Shown: positions 22,366 through 31,975, counted from the first letter of the stretch. The stretch: 46,799 nucleotides of DNA from a virus (IMGVR_UViG_2597490154_000003); one strand, 5' to 3'. Numbers and translations are program-made. Notes: generated from the letters alone by a model not told the origin.

Positions 22366-22426
22366 CATCCGCATTTACCTGGTATTCCATGATGAGTTCA
22401 CGCAGCGACTGATAGAGGAAGGAAAG

Positions 22427-22606
22427 ATGGTTAGTAAAAGCAAGGCGCATTGCCGCCGCATGCTGCAGGCATTGCAACAGACGAGAGCAGGTATTTTTGA
22501 CCAGTTGGAAAACTGCCAGCATACTTTGCCCGAGTATATCGCCATCTCATCGGAAACCAGTGCAACTCTTATTCATCGGGTTCCACCAGAGAAAAAGAAG
22601 AAATGA
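22427..22606 (+). CDS. hypothetical small protein
   Basis: 59-aa ORF (in frame within track ORF 22253-22606) with strong RBS GAGGAAGGAAAG upstream of ATG at 22427; followed by a hairpin around 22612-22640. Confidence 0.35.
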   Translation: MVSKSKAHCRRMLQALQQTRAGIFDQLENCQHTLPEYIAISSETSATLIHRVPPEKKKK

Positions 22607-22728
22607 ACAGTGAGGCGTTGTGTGGCATACAACGCCTTCTTCCATCATTCCTCGTCAGCCATGACAAAAATATAACCGCTGGCTCTTTCATTTTTCTCCT
22701 GCTTCCAGCCCCTCTCTACCTGGAAGCA

Positions 22729-23055
22729 TCAAGGACGTGACGGCGTAAAGATAAATTGTCTCTTCACTCCCTGACAGGGGCGATTCTTTTCAAATCGCCA
22801 TTTCGCCATGGCCTTCACCACTTCATCACGAAACAAATTATGAGGCTCTGAGCGGAGAAAAACGATCCGTGTCACAGTCCCATCAGCACCAATATCGAAC
22901 TTAACCTCAACCAGCCCCTTGATATAATTTGCTGCAGCATATTCCGGATATCGTGGATACACCGTCACTAATTGCCGGGGCTCATCAGCTTTTTGCTGCG
23001 AACATCCCACTGCCAGGACAGATAACAGAAAAAGTAGTAAAAGGCGTCTTTTCAT
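22729..23055 (-). CDS. lipoprotein with TonB C-terminal-like domain
   Basis: internal ATG of track ORF (MKRRLLLLFLLSVLAVGCSQ lipobox); C-terminal region aligns by eye to E. coli TonB C-terminal domain (YP..A.A..I.G.V.VKFD...DG.V ... F..EV..AM..WR.E). Confidence 0.6.
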   Translation of the reverse strand: MKRRLLLLFLLSVLAVGCSQQKADEPRQLVTVYPRYPEYAAANYIKGLVEVKFDIGADGTVTRIVFLRSEPHNLFRDEVVKAMAKWRFEKNRPCQGVKRQFIFTPSRP

Positions 23056-23535
23056 TTTTATTCCTACGGGTCTTATTCTGACAATATATCCTGTGTTCCA
23101 GACTGCCACATCACCACATCCTGTGCCATTATCTGACTCACATTACATACATCGCATCGGGATACAGTAGTAGCACTTTCTGTAATACAGCTTCCTGTTT
23201 CTTCCACCATCGCACCGGGATAAACCCGCGAATCATTAACGCGGTAAAAACCCGGTGTGCATCGTTTTTAATTATTCCCGCACACTCACGCAGAAGGAAT
23301 TCCCCGTCGGGCTACGGTCATGGTTAATGCGGGAATACGGCGACGATACAGCGCAGCTAAAAGGGTAATGGACGGATAGACCGGTTTATTTCATTCCACA
23401 GGATTCTGAGTGTCCCCAACTTCCTCCAATAGTCTGAGCCCACCTGTGTAGTTTTAATTTTCATCAATCCATTTAACTATCGTTTAATTGTTGTCACATA
23501 GGATTCTGCCGTTTTTAACAATGCAGGATAATAAG

Positions 23536-23829
23536 ATGAAAAAAATGTTGTTTTCTGCCGCTCTGGCAATGCTTATTACAGGATGTGCTCAACAGACGTT
23601 TACTGTTGGAAACAAACCTACAGCAGTAACACCAAAGGAAACCATCACCCATCATTTCTTCGTTTCGGGAATTGGGCAGAAGAAAACTGTCGATGCAGCA
23701 AAAATTTGTGGTGGTGCAGAAAATGTTGTTAAAACAGAAACCCAGCAAACATTCGTAAATGGATTGCTCGGTTTTATTACTTTAGGCATTTATACTCCGC
23801 TGGAAGCGCGTGTGTATTGCTCACAATAA
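23536..23829 (+). CDS. bor: Bor lipoprotein (serum resistance)
   Basis: ATG at 23536; 97 aa MKKMLFSAALAMLITGCAQQTFTV... nearly identical to remembered lambda Bor; opposite strand to lysis genes as in lambda. Confidence 0.9.
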   Translation: MKKMLFSAALAMLITGCAQQTFTVGNKPTAVTPKETITHHFFVSGIGQKKTVDAAKICGGAENVVKTETQQTFVNGLLGFITLGIYTPLEARVYCSQ

Positions 23830-23860
23830 TTGCATGAGTTGCCCATCGATATGGGCAGCT

Positions 23861-24322
23861 CTATCTGCACTGCTCATTAATATACTTCTGGGTTCCTTCC
23901 AGTTGTTTTTGCATAGTGATCAGCCTCTCTCTGAGGGTGAAATAATCCCGTTCAGCGGTGTCTGCCAGTCGGGGGGAGGCTGCATTATCCACGCCGGAGG
24001 CGGTGGTGGCTTCACGCACTGACTGACAGACTGCTTTGATGTGCAACCGACGACGACCAGCGGCAACATCATCACGCAGAGCATCATTTTCAGCTTTCGC
24101 ATCAGCTAACTCCTTCGTGTATTTTGCATCGAGCGCAGCAACATCACGCTGACGCATCTGTATGTCAGTAATTGCCGCGTTCGCCAGCGTCAGTTCTCTG
24201 GCATTTTTGTCGCGCTGGGCTTTGTAGGTAATGGCGTTATCACGGTAATGATTAACAGCCCATGACAGGCAGACGATGATGCAGATAACCAGAGCGGAGA
24301 TAATCGCGGTTACTCTGTTCAT
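23861..24322 (-). CDS. Rz: spanin inner-membrane subunit Rz
   Basis: track ORF 23861-24334; from [44 protein letters not shown] matches lambda Rz. Confidence 0.85.
   Translation of the reverse strand: MNRVTAIISALVICIIVCLSWAVNHYRDNAITYKAQRDKNARELTLANAAITDIQMRQRDVAALDAKYTKELADAKAENDALRDDVAAGRRRLHIKAVCQSVREATTASGVDNAASPRLADTAERDYFTLRERLITMQKQLEGTQKYINEQCR
23920..24102 (-). CDS. Rz1: spanin outer-membrane lipoprotein Rz1 (embedded in Rz, +1 frame)
   Basis: 60 aa with lipobox VVGC and proline-rich [15 protein letters not shown], as lambda Rz1; fully nested within Rz. Confidence 0.8.
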   Translation of the reverse strand: MRKLKMMLCVMMLPLVVVGCTSKQSVSQCVKPPPPPAWIMQPPPDWQTPLNGIISPSERG

Positions 24323-24816
24323 TGCTGACCCCACAAACAGATTTCACGCTCAATCTCACGACGAGTCATGAGACCTTTCCATTGCTTACCGCCAGCATAT
24401 GTCCAGCGACGTAGCTGATCACATGCGCCTTTGATATCGCCCTGGTTTATTTTGCGAAGAAGCGTCGATGTTCTGAAATTGCCAGCACCCACGTTGTAAA
24501 CGAATGAGTAAAGAGCGCCGCGCATTGTTTCCGGTATATCGACTTTGATGTACGGGTTAATTTGTCTGGCGACCGTGGCAAGGTCTTTATTCAGGAGGGC
24601 TTTGCATTCTGCTTTGGTATACGTTTTACCGAGCATGATGTCTTTTCCTGTATGCCCGTGACATACAGTCCATACACCAACAATATCTTTGTATGGTATG
24701 TAGCTGACACCTTCCAGACCATCGTTACCACTTGGGCCAGTGATTAACACTGATGCTATAGCAATTGCTCCGCCACCAATAGCAGCAGCAACGGCTTTTC
24801 GTAATGATGGAGGCAT
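24319..24816 (-). CDS. R: SAR endolysin (phage 21 R-type lysozyme)
   Basis: 165 aa; N-terminal Gly/Ala-rich weakly hydrophobic signal-anchor-release segment ([21 protein letters not shown]) followed by lysozyme-like domain; resembles remembered phage 21 R. Confidence 0.85.
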   Translation of the reverse strand: MPPSLRKAVAAAIGGGAIAIASVLITGPSGNDGLEGVSYIPYKDIVGVWTVCHGHTGKDIMLGKTYTKAECKALLNKDLATVARQINPYIKVDIPETMRGALYSFVYNVGAGNFRTSTLLRKINQGDIKGACDQLRRWTYAGGKQWKGLMTRREIEREICLWGQQ

Positions 24817-25031
24817 TATTCACCTCTCGCAGCCTTGCGCTTATCTTCTTTAATCTTGAAATAAAGGTTTGTCAGGTACGTCAGCAGGCCAAATACCAGG
24901 CTACCCAGCACACCTATTGCCGCCCACTGTGAGGGCGTGACTTTATCGAGCAACTGTAAAAACCAGTACCCGGCACTACCTGCTGAGGTACCATAGGCGA
25001 CACCCGTTGTTAACTTATCCATGGATTTCAT
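24816..25031 (-). CDS. S: pinholin (phage 21 S-type) with dual-start motif
   Basis: 71 aa [26 protein letters not shown]..., two TMDs, Met1-Lys-Ser-Met4 dual start; stop/start overlap with R. Confidence 0.85.
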
Positions 25032-25154
25032 AACCCCACCTCGCAGACAAAGCGGGTGTAAATTAAGGGGATACTACGTATCGCAATAAAGGCAGAAACG
25101 TAACAGATTCGGAGTCAGTGAATAACTCAGGTATTGGGTTATCAGCTAATATCG

Positions 25155-25193
25155 AGACTCAAAAAATGGAAAAACCCGCTCGACGGCGGGTTT
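25155..25193 (-). terminator. intrinsic terminator on minus strand upstream of S (candidate tR-prime)
   Basis: hairpin aaacccgc-tcgacg-gcgggttt (25172-25193) followed on the minus strand by TTTTTCCATTTTTT; lies between porin gene and lysis cassette. Confidence 0.4.
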
Positions 25194-25619
25194 AAGCTGT
25201 GTGACGAAGTAACCACTCTTAACAGCATAACCAATTTTTTACGTACGTAAACTACTAAATGATATTTGTGAGAATGCCACCGAGTGTTCAAAACACCACC
25301 ACAAATGCATAAGAAAACTTCAACAAATAACCAGTTAATAATTTCCGATGTTATTTTTAGTTTGTTTAAATTAAGCTAAAGAATTATAGAGCACTTATAA
25401 ATAAGTGCCATTAATATAAATTAGCTAATAGATTTATTTTTGTTCAGACAAGAGCCATGAATAGGATTAGATAGAAAAGGTTCAGATAAAAATAGAGATC
25501 TACTTCACAAATTAAATGAGAAACTAAAACTTACATCTTGAAATAATCACATTGATTAGATGAATATTTATCGCGCAGTGACATCATTTTTTAATAAAAG
25601 TTCAAAAAAAGGGCGTACA

Positions 25620-26702
25620 ATGAAAAAATTAACAGTGGCAATTTCTGCTGTAGCTGCATCAGTACTGATGGCGATGTCTGCTCAGGCAGCTGAAATTTAT
25701 AATAAAGACAGTAACAAGCTGGATCTATACGGGAAAGTTAATGCCAAGCACTACTTCTCCTCTAATGATGCAGATGATGGTGATACTACTTATGCCCGTC
25801 TTGGCTTCAAAGGTGAAACCCAAATCAACGATCAACTGACTGGTTTCGGTCAGTGGGAATATGAATTCAAAGGCAACCGTGCTGAATCTCAAGGTTCTTC
25901 CAAAGACAAAACCCGTCTTGCATTTGCAGGCCTGAAATTTGGTGATTACGGCTCAATCGATTACGGCCGTAACTACGGTGTAGCATACGACATCGGTGCG
26001 TGGACTGACGTTCTGCCAGAATTCGGTGGTGATACCTGGACCCAAACAGATGTGTTCATGACTGGTCGCACTACTGGTGTTGCAACTTATCGTAACAACG
26101 ACTTCTTTGGTCTGGTCGATGGCCTGAACTTTGCTGCTCAGTATCAGGGTAAAAATGACCGCACTGACGTAACTGAAGCCAATGGTGATGGTTTCGGTTT
26201 CTCCACTACTTATGAGTATGAAGGATTCGGCGTGGGTGCAACCTATGCTAAATCAGATCGCACTGACGGTCAGGTCGCCTATGGTAAGAGCAAATTCAAT
26301 GCCTCCGGCAAAAATGCGGAAGTATGGGCTGCAGGCCTGAAATATGATGCGAACAATATCTATCTGGCTACCACATATTCTGAAACTCAGAATATGACCG
26401 TTTTTGGTAATAACCATATTGCAAACAAAGCACAAAACTTTGAAGCAGTAGCACAATATCAGTTTGACTTCGGTCTGCGTCCATCTGTTGCTTACCTTCA
26501 GTCAAAAGGTAAAGACCTTGGTGTTCATGGTGACCGAGACTTAGTCAAGTATGTCGATGTCGGTGCTACTTACTACTTTAATAAAAACATGTCCACTTTT
26601 GTTGATTACAAAATCAACTTAATTGACGATAGTAAGTTTACCAAAACAGCTGGTATTGATACCGACGACATCGTCGCTGTAGGTCTGGTTTATCAGTTCT
26701 AA
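25620..26702 (+). CDS. nmpC: outer membrane porin, NmpC/OmpC family (intact)
   Basis: ATG at 25620 (track ORF 25560); signal peptide [40 protein letters not shown]-terminal VGLVYQF; matches remembered NmpC-type porin; opposite strand to flanking late genes. Confidence 0.85.
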   Translation: MKKLTVAISAVAASVLMAMSAQAAEIYNKDSNKLDLYGKVNAKHYFSSNDADDGDTTYARLGFKGETQINDQLTGFGQWEYEFKGNRAESQGSSKDKTRLAFAGLKFGDYGSIDYGRNYGVAYDIGAWTDVLPEFGGDTWTQTDVFMTGRTTGVATYRNNDFFGLVDGLNFAAQYQGKNDRTDVTEANGDGFGFSTTYEYEGFGVGATYAKSDRTDGQVAYGKSKFNASGKNAEVWAAGLKYDANNIYLATTYSETQNMTVFGNNHIANKAQNFEAVAQYQFDFGLRPSVAYLQSKGKDLGVHGDRDLVKYVDVGATYYFNKNMSTFVDYKINLIDDSKFTKTAGIDTDDIVAVGLVYQF

Positions 26703-26719
26703 TCTGACTTACGAAAAAG

Positions 26720-26753
26720 ATATGTTGCGGGAGGCTTTGCCTCCGCAACATAT
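26720..26753. terminator. hairpin just downstream of porin stop (candidate bidirectional terminator)
   Basis: near-perfect inverted repeat atatgttgcgggaggc / gcctccgcaacatat; T-run (CTTTTT) only on minus-strand side. Confidence 0.3.
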
Positions 26754-26839
26754 AAGTGGAGCCCTCAAGCCACTTCCTTTAGAAGCACTACCTTGCTTCT
26801 TACTATATAAACCTTCTGTTATATATTACCCTTTATTTT

Positions 26840-26864
26840 GGGGGCGTTTCCACGCCCCATTTTT
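26840..26864 (+). terminator. rho-independent terminator for porin transcript
   Basis: GC-rich hairpin ggggcg-tttcca-cgcccc followed by ATTTTT on plus strand. Confidence 0.5.
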
Positions 26865-26890
26865 AATAACTTTTAGTAAACAATTGCATA

Positions 26891-27274
26891 TCAATTAGAA
26901 TTATTAGCAACGATATCCATATCTAACCGGATATCTAATGCCATTAACATCCCTTCAATTATGCCCTCAGCCTTCTGTAACCTTTTCCCGATATAACCAT
27001 CCGAGCAGCAATGCTTACTTGCCAGTGACATGAATGTCATACCACATACATAATAATCTACTAATAAATCGTGTAAATCGCTGTTGTTCTTTTTCAGACG
27101 GGCCATGCACCCGCAAATGATCATCGCGTCATCGTCACAACATTGCGGGCGAGATTTTACTTTTGAAGGAATTAATCCCTTAAAACCGGCGGCAATGGAC
27201 GACCAGGTCACATCTTCATGATTATTAGCCGCCCACGCACCCCAACGCTCAAGAACCATCTGAATATCACGCAT
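26891..27274 (-). CDS. Q: late-gene antiterminator Q (QuuD-like)
   Basis: track ORF begins with TTG at 27289; ATG at 27274 gives 127 aa [20 protein letters not shown]... resembling remembered DLP12 QuuD; Cys-rich zinc-binding region. Confidence 0.7.
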   Translation of the reverse strand: MRDIQMVLERWGAWAANNHEDVTWSSIAAGFKGLIPSKVKSRPQCCDDDAMIICGCMARLKKNNSDLHDLLVDYYVCGMTFMSLASKHCCSDGYIGKRLQKAEGIIEGMLMALDIRLDMDIVANNSN

Positions 27275-27359
27275 CAACTTACTCCACAAAAATCAGACCA
27301 GAACGCCAATTACAAGCAAAAATCAACAAAACAGTATTAGTTGATTGTTATCTCTGACT

Positions 27360-27482
27360 TCATACTCCTGTTCCTGTCAGGGTTTTGGCGTAATTCTTCA
27401 GTATTCGGTAATCGGTCAAAACAGAACCGAGGAAACGATATAAGCGCAGACGCCCCCAGCGGTGGCGAAGAAGTTCTGCCAT
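27360..27482 (-). CDS. small ORF between rusA and Q (40 aa)
   Basis: my own translation of minus strand: MAELLRHRWGRLRLYRFLGSVLTDYRILKNYAKTLTGTGV; below the ORF-track size cutoff; position corresponds to small nin-region genes. Confidence 0.25.
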   Translation of the reverse strand: MAELLRHRWGRLRLYRFLGSVLTDYRILKNYAKTLTGTGV

Positions 27483-27496
27483 ATTAAACTCAAACA

Positions 27497-27859
27497 TCAT
27501 TCATTCCCCATTTCGGTGATGGTCAGTTCCAGCCTCCCACCTTTGGTAACAGGCATCTTCACAACGCGGTAATCAACGACCTGAGCATCATCCAGCCAGA
27601 AACCTGCTTTAGTGAGTGCGTCAAAAGCGGCTTTTTGCAGATTATCCAGGTCACGGCGACGGCGATCCGGCATGTGGCACTCAATGCGGATTTTCACAGG
27701 CATAGCCAGGCCGATATCCAGCATTGCGTTTTTAATGATTCGGGCGACGTTATCGCGGTATGCCTGCCCCTCTGCGCTGACGTGCGTGCGCCCGCGATTA
27801 TGGCGGTAATAGCGATTATTGCTCGGAGGCCAGGGTAATGTGATGCTGTAGGTATTCAC
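27497..27859 (-). CDS. rusA: Holliday junction resolvase RusA
   Basis: 120 aa; [18 protein letters not shown]... conserved RusA N-terminus and Asp-rich catalytic region. Confidence 0.9.
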   Translation of the reverse strand: MNTYSITLPWPPSNNRYYRHNRGRTHVSAEGQAYRDNVARIIKNAMLDIGLAMPVKIRIECHMPDRRRRDLDNLQKAAFDALTKAGFWLDDAQVVDYRVVKMPVTKGGRLELTITEMGNE

Positions 27860-27878
27860 GCCTTAATAACCCCCTCTT

Positions 27879-28073
27879 TCAGCCACATAACCTGTGTTCT
27901 CGCCATACCTTCCAGCGCGCATTCTTTTGCATATGCAGCATCGACTTGCTTGGCATGCCCTTTACCGGCAATCTTCTGTATGCGCTAAACCTAGATAGAA
28001 TCCACTCTGTGCACATTGAAGCCCGCTCTATGCTTTCTTTCAGGTATTGAAGGGATTGAGATGGGCTAAGCAT
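27879..28073 (-). CDS. hypothetical protein
   Basis: 64-aa ORF between the 28066-28413 gene and rusA; no recognisable family; could be non-coding. Confidence 0.3.
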   Translation of the reverse strand: MLSPSQSLQYLKESIERASMCTEWILSRFSAYRRLPVKGMPSKSMLHMQKNARWKVWREHRLCG

Positions 28074-28413
28074 TATTGGCCTCCTGCATCAGGAGAAAGA
28101 CAATCATGGCGGCGCGGAGAGGTCTGGTATCAAATATTGGGCTTACGCCTTTTGCATCCACACACCATTCAGTTAACTGGTCTAAGATAGAAATCCTGTA
28201 TTTCTCAATAATCGGCCATGAAGCGCTCGGATCATTGCAGTAGTCAGGCAAATGATTTAATGGCTCAAAAGTTGTATCAGCATTTCCGTAATACCATTTG
28301 TTGGTGTTATTCCCTGATGTTTCCGGTTTACTTGCCCAAAGGCCTTTAAAAATTATGTCTCCTACCATTCTGTTAATTTCAAAATCACTTAACTGTGAAT
28401 AATCCATTGTCAT
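28066..28413 (-). CDS. hypothetical nin-region protein
   Basis: track ORF 28066-28449; internal ATG at 28413 abuts ninE stop; Trp/Tyr-rich; no family confidently recognised. Confidence 0.45.
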   Translation of the reverse strand: MTMDYSQLSDFEINRMVGDIIFKGLWASKPETSGNNTNKWYYGNADTTFEPLNHLPDYCNDPSASWPIIEKYRISILDQLTEWCVDAKGVSPIFDTRPLRAAMIVFLLMQEANNA

Positions 28414-28586
28414 TTCCTCGCACGATATCTTAGCCACCGGATATCCCACAGGTGGGCTGTGTAATTGAAGGTTTTTACGTCAGATTCTTTTGGGATTAGC
28501 TTGCGTTTATTTCTGGAGCGTTTCGTTGGAAGGTATTTGCAGTTTTCGCAGATTATGTCGGTGATGCTTCGTCGCTGTCGTCTCAT
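28410..28586 (-). CDS. ninE: NinE-like protein
   Basis: internal ATG of track ORF 28410-28676 gives 58 aa [29 protein letters not shown]...; overlaps methyltransferase stop (ATGA). Confidence 0.55.
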   Translation of the reverse strand: MRRQRRSITDIICENCKYLPTKRSRNKRKLIPKESDVKTFNYTAHLWDIRWLRYRARK

Positions 28587-29110
28587 GCAGCCCTCCTGAC
28601 GCCCTGCCCGATCGCCATCAATGCCGCTTTGGATACGGTAGTAAACATCCGTCGAGGACTGATGAACGGTCGCCAAATCAGCAGCATGGAGCCTTTGCTG
28701 TTTCCCTTCTTCTCCAGCCCTGTCGATGGTTCGATAAAATTAATCCGTCCATCAGTGATAATACGAACTTCGTCAACACTCTCCAGAGCCTTGCTGAACC
28801 ATCCGACAGACATATCCTCTGGCACAAGCATCACTACCGTCTGTCGCTGTTGTATACACTGCTCAGCGGCTTTTTCCACCCACGGCCTGATATTGCTGTA
28901 CGGTGGGTTATTCCAGATTGCACCGTGGCTTACCCACTCAGAATTGAGCGCGTCGTCGTCCTCAGTTAGCCAGTGAGCGCACAGAGCATTTTTGTCGCTC
29001 GCTGCCGAATCCAGCCAGAATCCAAACTCAATATCCAGTGCATCAAAAAGCCAAAGCGGCGTTTGCCAGCAGTCCTTGTCGTGTGCTGGCGTATTTGATT
29101 TGATAGTCAT
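28583..29110 (-). CDS. DNA N6-adenine methyltransferase (phage orphan MTase)
   Basis: internal ATG of track ORF; [10 protein letters not shown] and NPPYS (DPPY-class catalytic motif) present; sits between ninB and ninE. Confidence 0.8.
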   Translation of the reverse strand: MTIKSNTPAHDKDCWQTPLWLFDALDIEFGFWLDSAASDKNALCAHWLTEDDDALNSEWVSHGAIWNNPPYSNIRPWVEKAAEQCIQQRQTVVMLVPEDMSVGWFSKALESVDEVRIITDGRINFIEPSTGLEKKGNSKGSMLLIWRPFISPRRMFTTVSKAALMAIGQGVRRAA

Positions 29111-29547
29111 GCAGCCCGATCTCCCCATCGCGCTTTCCATTCGAGAGCCAGTCGCGCTTCGTCTGACCACTTAACGCCACGCTCTGTACCGAATGCCTGT
29201 ATAAGCTCTAATAGCTCCGCAAATTCGCTTACACGCATCCTGCTGGTTGACTGGCCTATTACCACAAAGCCATTCCCGGCAAGGTTAGGAACAACATCCT
29301 GCTGCTTTAATGCTGCGGTAAACACACACTTCCAGCTTTCTGCATCCAGCCAGCGACCATGCCATTCAACCTGACGAGAGACGTCACCTAAGCAGGCCCA
29401 TAGCTTCCTGTTTTGGTCTAAGCTGCGGTTGCGTTCCTGAATGGTTACTACGATTGGTTTGGTTGGGTCTGGAAGGATTTGCTGTACTGCGTGAATAGCG
29501 TTTTGCTGATGTGCCGGAGATCGAATTTCAAAGGTTAGTTTTTTCAT
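29107..29547 (-). CDS. ninB: recombination protein NinB (Orf)
   Basis: from MKKLTFEIRSPAHQQNAIHAVQQILPDPTKPIVVTIQERNRSLDQNRKLWACLGD nearly identical to remembered lambda NinB. Confidence 0.85.
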   Translation of the reverse strand: MKKLTFEIRSPAHQQNAIHAVQQILPDPTKPIVVTIQERNRSLDQNRKLWACLGDVSRQVEWHGRWLDAESWKCVFTAALKQQDVVPNLAGNGFVVIGQSTSRMRVSEFAELLELIQAFGTERGVKWSDEARLALEWKARWGDRAA

Positions 29548-29620
29548 GACTTCCCTCTCCCCCAAATAAAAAGGCCTGCGATTACCTGCAGGCCTGTTAT
29601 TAGCTCAGTGATGTAGATGG

Positions 29621-29911
29621 TCATCTTTTAACTCCATATACCGCCAATATCCGTTTCATCGTGGCACTCTGGCGACACTCCTTAAAAATCAGGTTCGTGC
29701 TCATCTTTCCTTCCCGTTCTTCCTTGGTAGCAAACCGGTAATACACCGTTCGCCAGACCTTACCTTCGATAACCAGAAGACCTGCCCGTGCCATTTTAGC
29801 CGCGGCCTGATTTATGCTGGTTACTGTTGCGCCTGTTAGCGCGGCAACGTCCGGCGCACAGAAGCTATTATGCGTCCCCAGGTAATGAATAATTGCCTCT
29901 TTGCCCGTCAT
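29621..29911 (-). CDS. ren: Ren (Rex exclusion escape)
   Basis: 96 aa MTGKEAIIHYLGTHNSFCAPDVAALTGATVTSINQAAAKMARAG... matches lambda Ren. Confidence 0.85.
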   Translation of the reverse strand: MTGKEAIIHYLGTHNSFCAPDVAALTGATVTSINQAAAKMARAGLLVIEGKVWRTVYYRFATKEEREGKMSTNLIFKECRQSATMKRILAVYGVKR

Positions 29912-30609
29912 ACACTTGCTCCTTTCAGTCCTAACTTAGCTTTAATTTCTGCGATCTTCGCCAGCGCCTGAACACGATTTAGAGGTCTGCCGCCCATGAC
30001 AGGAAGTTGTTTTACTGGTTCAGGTATCGTCTCACCACGGTTAATTCGCGCTGTCATACAGGTCAGTTCATCGGCAGCCTTGCGTCGTAATTCCGCGTCA
30101 GTCAGCGCATTGGCCCGCATGTTCTGGTACAGGTTGGTAACCAGCCAGTAGTGCGCGTTCGATTTCCACGGATAAGACTCTGCATCCGGATACAGGCCTC
30201 GCTTCCGGCAATACTCGTAAACCATATCAACCAGCTCGCTGACGTTTGGCAGTCCGGCGATAACGGATGCTTCTTCCCGGCACCATGCAACAAACTGCCC
30301 GGGTGATGGCAGAAATGGTCGATTCTGCCGACGGGCTACGCGCATTCCTGCGTTAACCTGTTCCATTGTGGTGATCCCGTTTTCCCGGAAAGCCAGAACC
30401 CACTGGCGGCGGATTTCGTTCAGTTCGTTCTGGTCACGGTTAGCCAGACTCGCCGGGAAAGTTGCCAGTAACTGGCTGAACACACCGTTGATGATCTGCG
30501 CTACCTGCTGTACCTGCGGCTTTTCGTCGTACTGTTCCGGCATGTTGTTGGCGATCCGACGCATCTGCTCACGGTCAAAATTAACCATCTGTGCGGCGAT
30601 GTTTTTCAT
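29908..30609 (-). CDS. P: replication protein P (DnaB helicase loader)
   Basis: 233 aa MKNIAAQMVNFDREQMRRIANNMPEQYDEKPQVQQVAQIINGVF... matches lambda P. Confidence 0.9.
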   Translation of the reverse strand: MKNIAAQMVNFDREQMRRIANNMPEQYDEKPQVQQVAQIINGVFSQLLATFPASLANRDQNELNEIRRQWVLAFRENGITTMEQVNAGMRVARRQNRPFLPSPGQFVAWCREEASVIAGLPNVSELVDMVYEYCRKRGLYPDAESYPWKSNAHYWLVTNLYQNMRANALTDAELRRKAADELTCMTARINRGETIPEPVKQLPVMGGRPLNRVQALAKIAEIKAKLGLKGASV

Positions 30610-31505
30610 AAATCCACCCCGTAAATCCAGTCAGTGTTTGTCAGGTCGAGTTTTGGTTTGCAGGCTGTCACACCTGCCTGTTGCTTGTTACGGTTGATTT
30701 CGAGCTGGGTCCACTTGTCGCGGAGTTTGGCCGGGCTCAGCACGTTACCGGACCAGAAGTTGTCCTGGCATGCCCAGCGGAACAGTACACACATGTCGCG
30801 ATGGTTACGTCCGTCACGTTCACGCATCAGGCGGATATCGTTAGCCCACCCTGCAAAATTCGGTTTTCTGGCTGATGGCGCGATGGTCTTCACCATGTCA
30901 AACATCCATTCTGCGGCGGTCAGGTCTTCTGCTGTCCCCCACTTGCTGCCGCTCTGAATTGCAGCATCCGGTTTCACCACAGAAAGGTCGTTTTCTGGCT
31001 GGTCAGAGGATTCGCCAGAATTCTCTGACGAATAATCTTTTCTTTTTTCTTTTGTAATAGTGTCTTTTGTGTCCCCCTGTTTTGAGGGATAGCAATCCCC
31101 CAATTTGAGGGATGTTTTATCCCTCGTTTTAGGGGATTTTCCCTCGTTTTGAGGGATACACCATTCTGAGATGTTTTTATTTGGTCCAAACATGCCGCCT
31201 TGCTGCTTGATAATATTCATTCTGACGAGTTCTAACTTGGCTTCATTGCACCGTTTGACGGGTAACTTTGTAATCTCGCTAAGTTGAGAATCGGTGATTC
31301 TGTCCATTGGTTTATTCCATCCATAGGTTTTACGCAGAATGGCAAGCAGCACTTTAAACTGTCGCTTGGTCAGATCTGCGCCTGAATAAGCCTCAAGCAG
31401 CATATTTGATAGTCTGGCGTAACCATCATCGAGATCTGCCACATTACGCTCCTGTTTGGCAAAGTTACCTCTGCAGAAGTTGAGTATTTTTGCTGTATTT
31501 GTCAT
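30606..31505 (-). CDS. O: replication initiator protein O
   Basis: 299 aa (lambda O 299 aa); contains ori iterons internally; C-terminus DWIYGVDL. Confidence 0.9.
   Translation of the reverse strand: MTNTAKILNFCRGNFAKQERNVADLDDGYARLSNMLLEAYSGADLTKRQFKVLLAILRKTYGWNKPMDRITDSQLSEITKLPVKRCNEAKLELVRMNIIKQQGGMFGPNKNISEWCIPQNEGKSPKTRDKTSLKLGDCYPSKQGDTKDTITKEKRKDYSSENSGESSDQPENDLSVVKPDAAIQSGSKWGTAEDLTAAEWMFDMVKTIAPSARKPNFAGWANDIRLMRERDGRNHRDMCVLFRWACQDNFWSGNVLSPAKLRDKWTQLEINRNKQQAGVTACKPKLDLTNTDWIYGVDL
31029..31160. repeat. ori: ori-lambda: four iterons plus adjacent AT-rich unwinding region, inside O
   Basis: four about 19-bp palindromic repeats (tccccctgttttgagggat, atcccccaatttgagggat, atccctcgttttaggggat, ttccctcgttttgagggata) at 31070-31159 followed by AT-rich tract 31029-31069. 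Confidence 0.8.
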
Positions 31506-31515
31506 AATGACTCCT

Positions 31516-31592
31516 GTGGATTGATCCAGTAATGACCTCAGAATTCCATCTGGATTTGTTCAGAACGCTCGGTTGCCGCCGGGCGTTTTTTA
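31516..31592 (+). ncRNA. oop: OOP antisense RNA (antisense to cII 3-prime end)
   Basis: sequence gattgatccagtaatgacctcagaa..tccatctggatttgttcagaacgctcggttgccgccgggcgttttttatt matches remembered lambda oop RNA and terminator; candidate -10 TCATAAT just upstream. Confidence 0.7.
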
Positions 31593-31834
31593 TTGGTGAG
31601 TCCATCAAGCGCATACTTAAAAGCCCTGCTAATCGGACTGATGTCTGATGCCATTCCGAAAGCACACAAGACCGAAGCAATAAATCTCCAGTCCGTTCTG
31701 CTTATCTTCGATTCATGACAGCCAATCATCTTTGCCAGACCGCGCTGGGTAATAGCTGACAGATTGATAAGTAAATCTGTTTCTGCGCGATCAACGTCAC
31801 GCTGTGATAGTTTGCTGTAACTTGTTCTTTCCAT
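31538..31834 (-). CDS. cII: transcriptional activator CII (mosaic: non-lambda N-terminal part, lambda-like C-terminus)
   Basis: 98 aa; C-terminal TNKKRPAATERSEQIQMEF identical to lambda CII; N-terminal two thirds differ; position downstream of cro. Confidence 0.8.
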   Translation of the reverse strand: MERTSYSKLSQRDVDRAETDLLINLSAITQRGLAKMIGCHESKISRTDWRFIASVLCAFGMASDISPISRAFKYALDGLTNKKRPAATERSEQIQMEF

Positions 31835-31919
31835 TTCTTAAGATTTCCAATAGTGAATAGTTAGTTGAAAGGTATGCGTGGAAACGCATATGGCCTTAGT
31901 TGGTCAGATATCTTGGAAC

Positions 31920-31966
31920 TCGCTTTTCAGCGACGTAGGACGAATGTCCGTTGTTACAAAGAGCGG
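31920..31966 (-). promoter_or_regulatory. nutR candidate (boxA plus boxB)
   Basis: minus strand just downstream of cro: boxA-like CGCTCTTTGTAACAA then, 17 nt later, boxB-like hairpin TCGC-TGAAAA-GCGA (resembles P22 boxB GCGCTGACAAAGCGC). Confidence 0.5.
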
Positions 31967-31975
31967 ATCCGCTTA

